From positions 288,001 through 352,000 of the forward strand of contig CAWBZV010000002.1 of NCBI GenBank assembly GCA_963793305.1: a DNA stretch of 64,000 bases, read 5' to 3'. The notes beneath the pieces are model-generated. The model did no database searches and had not been told where the DNA came from. It saw nothing but the letters and a program-made list of their open reading frames with translations. Positions 60,253 through 64,000 of this stretch are shown here, piece after piece (within the stretch, counting starts at the first letter, position 1; every line of letters begins with the position of its first letter). Both the position numbers and the translations under genes were made by a program. This stretch comes from an uncultured Gemmatimonadales bacterium (lineage in GTDB: Bacteria; Gemmatimonadota; Gemmatimonadetes; Gemmatimonadales; Gemmatimonadaceae).

Positions 60253-61659
60253 ATGACAGAACAGAAGGTCGCGCTCAAACCGGTCATGGGTTTCCGCGAC
60301 CTTCTTCTTTTTTATATCGTCACCGGATTCAGCGTCCGGTGGATCGCGCAAGCGGCGCACGGCGGGCCGAGTGCGCTCGTCATCTGGATCGTCTGCTGCG
60401 TCGCGTTCTACGTTCCCCTCGTCGTGTGCGTGCTCCAGCTCTCGTCGCGCTTTCCCGGCGAAGGCGGGATCTATATCTGGAGCCAGAAGGCTTTCGGCGG
60501 GTTCGCGGGCTTCATGACCGCGTGGACATACTGGGTGTCCAACCTCCCCTACTTTCCGGCCTTGCTCGGCTACACCGCGATCAATGCCTTGTATCTCGTC
60601 GGCCCTCGCGGCCACGGGCTCGCGGACAGCCGCGCGTATTTCATCATCGCGTCACTGGCCGGACTCTCGTTGGCCGTCTGGCCGAACGTCCTCGGGCTCC
60701 GCATCGGAAAGTGGCTGCATAACGCGGGCGCGATCGGCCTGTGGCTGCCCGCGCTCGTGGTCATCGTGGTGGGACTCATGGCCGGTTGGCGGTTCGGGTC
60801 GGCCACTCCGATCACAGCGCATTCGCTCATCCCGAGCACGCATCTCAAGGACATCGTCTTCTGGTCGACGATCGCGTTCTCGCTGAGCGGCTTGGAAGCA
60901 GCGTCGATCATGGGCGATGAGATCCAGGATGCGCGCCGCAACATCCCGCGTGCGTTGTTGCTGGCCGGCGCCATTATAACGGTTATATACGTGCTTGCGA
61001 CCTTGGCGGTGATGCAGTCGATTCCAGCCGCGAACGTCGGCATCGTGCAGGGCATCATGGATGCCGTCACCAGCGCGGCGGGTCGCCTTGGCATACCGGG
61101 AATCGGGTTCGTCGTCGCCGCCTGCATCACGGTCGGCGGGATCGGCCAGGCCGGTGCCTGGTTCGCGGCGGCGGCCCGGCTGCCGTTCGTCGCGGGGATC
61201 GACAGCTATCTGCCGGCGGCATTCGGCCGCGTCCATCCGCGATGGGGATCGCCGTACGTCGCGCTCCTCGTGCAAGCCGTCGTCGCGGCCGGATTTATTT
61301 TCCTGAGCCTTCCGGGCACGAGCATCGCCGGCGCCTACGACGTACTCGTGGCCACGTCGGTTCTCTTTTACTTCATCCCGTACTTGTTCATGTTCGGCGC
61401 CATGATCCGCTTGCGCGGCACGCTTGTCCTCGCGCTCATGGGCCTGACGACGACCGCGATAGCGATCGCGTTGTCATTCGTGCCGACGGAGCAGAACCCG
61501 AACTGGTGGATCTTCGAGATCAAGGTCGCCGGCAGCACCGTCCTGATGCTGCTCCTCGGCGCCGGGCTCTATCTCCTCTCGAGCCACCGTCGTACCTCGT
61601 CCTCGGGCAGCGTCACGGGTCTCGCCGTGAACACTCTGAGCCAGCGCGCCGAGCGATAA
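60253..61659 (+). CDS. APC family amino acid/polyamine permease
   Basis: LSSRFPGEGGIYIW, FSLSGLE, GDEI...RNIPRA, RLPF, HPRWGSPY; about 12 TM helices. Confidence 0.92.
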   Translation: MTEQKVALKPVMGFRDLLLFYIVTGFSVRWIAQAAHGGPSALVIWIVCCVAFYVPLVVCVLQLSSRFPGEGGIYIWSQKAFGGFAGFMTAWTYWVSNLPYFPALLGYTAINALYLVGPRGHGLADSRAYFIIASLAGLSLAVWPNVLGLRIGKWLHNAGAIGLWLPALVVIVVGLMAGWRFGSATPITAHSLIPSTHLKDIVFWSTIAFSLSGLEAASIMGDEIQDARRNIPRALLLAGAIITVIYVLATLAVMQSIPAANVGIVQGIMDAVTSAAGRLGIPGIGFVVAACITVGGIGQAGAWFAAAARLPFVAGIDSYLPAAFGRVHPRWGSPYVALLVQAVVAAGFIFLSLPGTSIAGAYDVLVATSVLFYFIPYLFMFGAMIRLRGTLVLALMGLTTTAIAIALSFVPTEQNPNWWIFEIKVAGSTVLMLLLGAGLYLLSSHRRTSSSGSVTGLAVNTLSQRAER

Positions 61660-62765
61660 AGCTGCGTCGAGAGCGCGGGCAGATTGATCGCGCTCGTGCG
61701 CCCGGTGAGCCGCTCGACCTCGCCGTTCTTGCGCAGGACCGCGATGTTCAAGTCCAGCATCTGCGTCTTGGCCGGGAAGTCGATCAGGAGCTCCCCGGGC
61801 GCGAGCCCCACGCGCCGCGCCAGCTCGTCCTCGGTCTCCACGACCAGCGCCCGGTCGCTCGCGATCCAATCGGCCGCCCCTTCATCGAAGTCCGCCGCCG
61901 GGCATTCCATCGCGCGCTTATACAGCTTCCGCGAGCGCAGCGCGCGGAGTAACGGCGTATCCGGCAGCACCGTGAGCAGCGCTTCGTCGGTCAGCCGCGT
62001 GAGTGTCTTGAAGTCCAGCGCCTCGGATCGCAGCGCGTCCTCGACCAGCCGCTTATACATTGCCGTCGCGCTGCGCACGGCGTGGTGCCAGTACACGTTG
62101 CGGTACATTTGGTACTTGGCGAACAACAACGACTCCAGCGCCGCCAGCCCTTTCTCCAACACGCCAATCTGCCCGTCGACCACGACCAGCGAATGCAAGA
62201 GCCTATCGACGTTGATCTCTCCGTACGGCACCCCACACATAAGCGCGTCGCGCTTGAGATACTCGATCTTGTCGAGATCGAGCGACCCGGCGATGAGCCC
62301 TTGCAGCGCCTCACCGCTCTTTCCCTGAATGAGCGCCACGACGCGCGCCGGCGCTTGAGGCCCGAGCTCCGCGCCCAGAATCTCCGCCACTTCCCCTTGC
62401 ATGACCAGATCACGCGCCACGTTCTCATGATGCGGCGCCCCGATTTCCTCGAGGGCGTGGGAGAACGGGTAGTGCCCAACATCGTGCAGCAACGCTGCCA
62501 TGCGCGCGATGGCCCCGGCATCCGCCGGCACCACCTCGTGCTCCTGCAGGAGCGCCAGCGAGCGCCGTGACAGGTGGTACGTACCCAGCGCGTGCTCGAA
62601 GCGCGAATGCGTCGCGCCGGGGTACACGAGAAACGCGAGCCCGAGCTGCCGGATGTAACGCAATCGCTGCACGACCCCGGTATCCATCAGCCGCGTCGCT
62701 AAGGGCTCGAGGCGGATGTTATTCCAGAGCGGATCGCGGATCGTGGTGAAGTCAACGTGTTGCAC
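61569..62765 (-). CDS. HD-domain phosphohydrolase (dNTP triphosphohydrolase-like)
   Basis: QRLRYIRQLG, YPGATHSRFEHALG, LLHDVGHYPFSH, DLDKIEYLKRD, MYRNVYWH. Confidence 0.9.
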   Translation of the reverse strand: MQHVDFTTIRDPLWNNIRLEPLATRLMDTGVVQRLRYIRQLGLAFLVYPGATHSRFEHALGTYHLSRRSLALLQEHEVVPADAGAIARMAALLHDVGHYPFSHALEEIGAPHHENVARDLVMQGEVAEILGAELGPQAPARVVALIQGKSGEALQGLIAGSLDLDKIEYLKRDALMCGVPYGEINVDRLLHSLVVVDGQIGVLEKGLAALESLLFAKYQMYRNVYWHHAVRSATAMYKRLVEDALRSEALDFKTLTRLTDEALLTVLPDTPLLRALRSRKLYKRAMECPAADFDEGAADWIASDRALVVETEDELARRVGLAPGELLIDFPAKTQMLDLNIAVLRKNGEVERLTGRTSAINLPALSTQLYRSARWLRVFTARPVTLPEDEVRRWLERR

Positions 62766-62831
62766 AAGAACAAACTAACGCACCGAGAGGGAGGTCGTTG
62801 CTTTGCTGGCGACTCCGCATATTCTTGGTGA

Positions 62832-63315
62832 ATGGATCGAGGGCTGGTTGCCGTCGTATGCGTCCTGGTCTGCGGAGCAGCGATCACCTCCTGCAAGGAG
62901 CGGACGGCGGAGCGGAAGGCGCCTCAGGACTGGGTGTTGCCGTCCGGGCGCCGTGTCCAGCCCTTGGCGATTTTGAGATCCGAGCCGGACGTTCGATCCG
63001 CAGTTCTTGCTGCTCGCGTATCGGACATCACTCGATATCACGGACACGCTAGCATTGCGCGACGAAGCGGTCGAGGTCTGGCCGCGATTCGTGCCACTGG
63101 TCGAGCGAGCGGGCCTCTGGAAGGCCGGGCTGCAGGTGAATGCGAAGCCATGGACCATCCCGCTCCCGATCCCAACGTTCATGTTCCGGGGGCAGAGGCG
63201 ATTTACGTTCGTCGTGTATCGCGATCCGGATGCGACGTGGCACATGTTGGGCGACGATGATGACGTGCTCAGTGCCTCGAATCAGGGACCGTCGCCGGCG
63301 CCGGCACCTCGATGA
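62832..63315 (+). CDS. Hypothetical lipoprotein, one frameshift at ~63005
   Basis: Lipobox-like ITSC; LPSGRRV continues in another frame as LLAYRTSLDITD...EAVEVWPRF...FVVYRDPDATW. Confidence 0.6.
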
Positions 63316-63772
63316 GCTGACGCAGCACGTCCAACAATGCCTCGCTTTCGCCTTTCGCGAGATCCTTCCCCGCGCCACTGGTGAGCGCGGTCATCACCAG
63401 CACCGCACCGAAGAGCAGCACGGCACCGGACAATGGAAAGACGTCGCGGTATACGGCGAAGCCGCATATGAATGCGACCCAGATCGCGAATATCGCGTAC
63501 GAGAGGGCCATGCGCCCGGCAGGTCCCGCCTCGATAACCACGCGACTGCCGCCGCCATCCGCCGAAGACGACAGGACCGTGCCACGCCACGCGGGCTTGT
63601 AGAGCCGTCGCCGCCCCAACACAGGCCCCGCGGTGAGCTCGAACGTGTTGTTCTTGGTCCTCGCGACGACGCCGCTCTCGCGCAGCGGCTCGGGGCGCCG
63701 ATAGTAGCTCGGACCCCAGTACACCTGGAGCTCAGACGGCCGCCTGCTCTCGGTCGTGTCGGGGAGTACCAC
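63269..63772 (-). CDS. Hypothetical membrane protein, 5' end probably disrupted
   Basis: Two C-terminal TM helices; the first ~19 codons are the antisense of the Rhs fragment. Confidence 0.5.
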   Translation of the reverse strand: MVLPDTTESRRPSELQVYWGPSYYRRPEPLRESGVVARTKNNTFELTAGPVLGRRRLYKPAWRGTVLSSSADGGGSRVVIEAGPAGRMALSYAIFAIWVAFICGFAVYRDVFPLSGAVLLFGAVLVMTALTSGAGKDLAKGESEALLDVLRQLIEVPAPATVPDSRH

Positions 63773-64000
63773 GCGCGTCTATGACTACGACAACTACGGG
63801 CAGCTCGCGCGTCGGACGACGAATGGGACGGTCGATCGCTATTACTTGTGGGACGGCGGTCAGTTGATGGCGATCCTCGACGGATCCGCGAACGCACGCG
63901 TAGCCGAGTTCATCTACAACCCAGGTACGGTCGACGCGCCATTGGCTCGGATCGCCGGGCCGAAGGGCTCGTCCAGCGTGCACTTTTACGCACGGGATGC
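63717..64000 (+). CDS. Rhs/YD-repeat core fragment (orphan, runs off the window)
   Basis: QYTWSSDGRLLSV...YDYDNYGQLARRTTNG...YYLWDGGQLMAILD...EFIYNPGTVDAPLA...HFYARD; preceded by in-frame TAG TAG at 63702-63707. Confidence 0.8.

Noticed and set aside
61569..62765. HD protein as an anti-phage dNTPase in a defence island
   Set aside because: It resembles the widespread housekeeping HD family, has host-like composition and no defence genes adjoin it in the window.
5935..63010. Programmed frameshifting in the TIGR00300-like gene (~5942), murQ (~13833), nrdJ (~28855), livK-like (~43834) and the 62832 lipoprotein (~63005)
   Set aside because: Each is fixed by deleting one base in a short run, with no shared slippery heptamer, in unrelated conserved genes. 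This pattern fits long-read insertion errors.
1..64000. tRNA, rRNA, CRISPR-Cas, integrase or transposase genes
   Set aside because: None recognised by eye; intergenic spaces are short. A tRNAscan/Rfam run would be needed to exclude small RNAs formally.

Overview
High-GC, densely coded bacterial chromosome segment. Gene content (zinc-ribbon Ser/Thr kinases, ADOP permease, GvpL/F-family gene, many lipoproteins and peptidases) suggests Gemmatimonadota, which is an inference. It holds about 60 CDS. Housekeeping and envelope genes include priA, ggt, murQ-anmK-nagZ, an amidase, an Omp85-like protein, class II RNR nrdJ, HtrA, mscL, a NAPRTase and an HD phosphohydrolase. There is also a kinase/PP2C/FHA-protease signalling operon, an ECF42 sigma-YciI pair, a GldAFG-like ABC operon, two PemK/MazF toxin loci and an orphan Rhs fragment at the right edge. 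Several genes have single-base frameshifts that look like long-read errors. I saw no rRNA, tRNA, CRISPR array or transposase. The most notable unexplained signals are: (1) a ~77-bp three-hairpin repeat present twice, once inserted in frame inside a protein-coding gene; (2) an antitoxin-less PemK/YifN-like toxin followed by a structured ~110-nt element and terminator, a candidate RNA antitoxin; (3) widespread leaderless promoters (TAnnnT-N5-7-start codon); (4) back-to-back sigma54-type promoters between csbD and an lmo0937-family gene; (5) a CTG-initiated zinc-ribbon kinase in frame behind the TAG of a GvpL/F gene. All family assignments come from motif recognition, not database searches.
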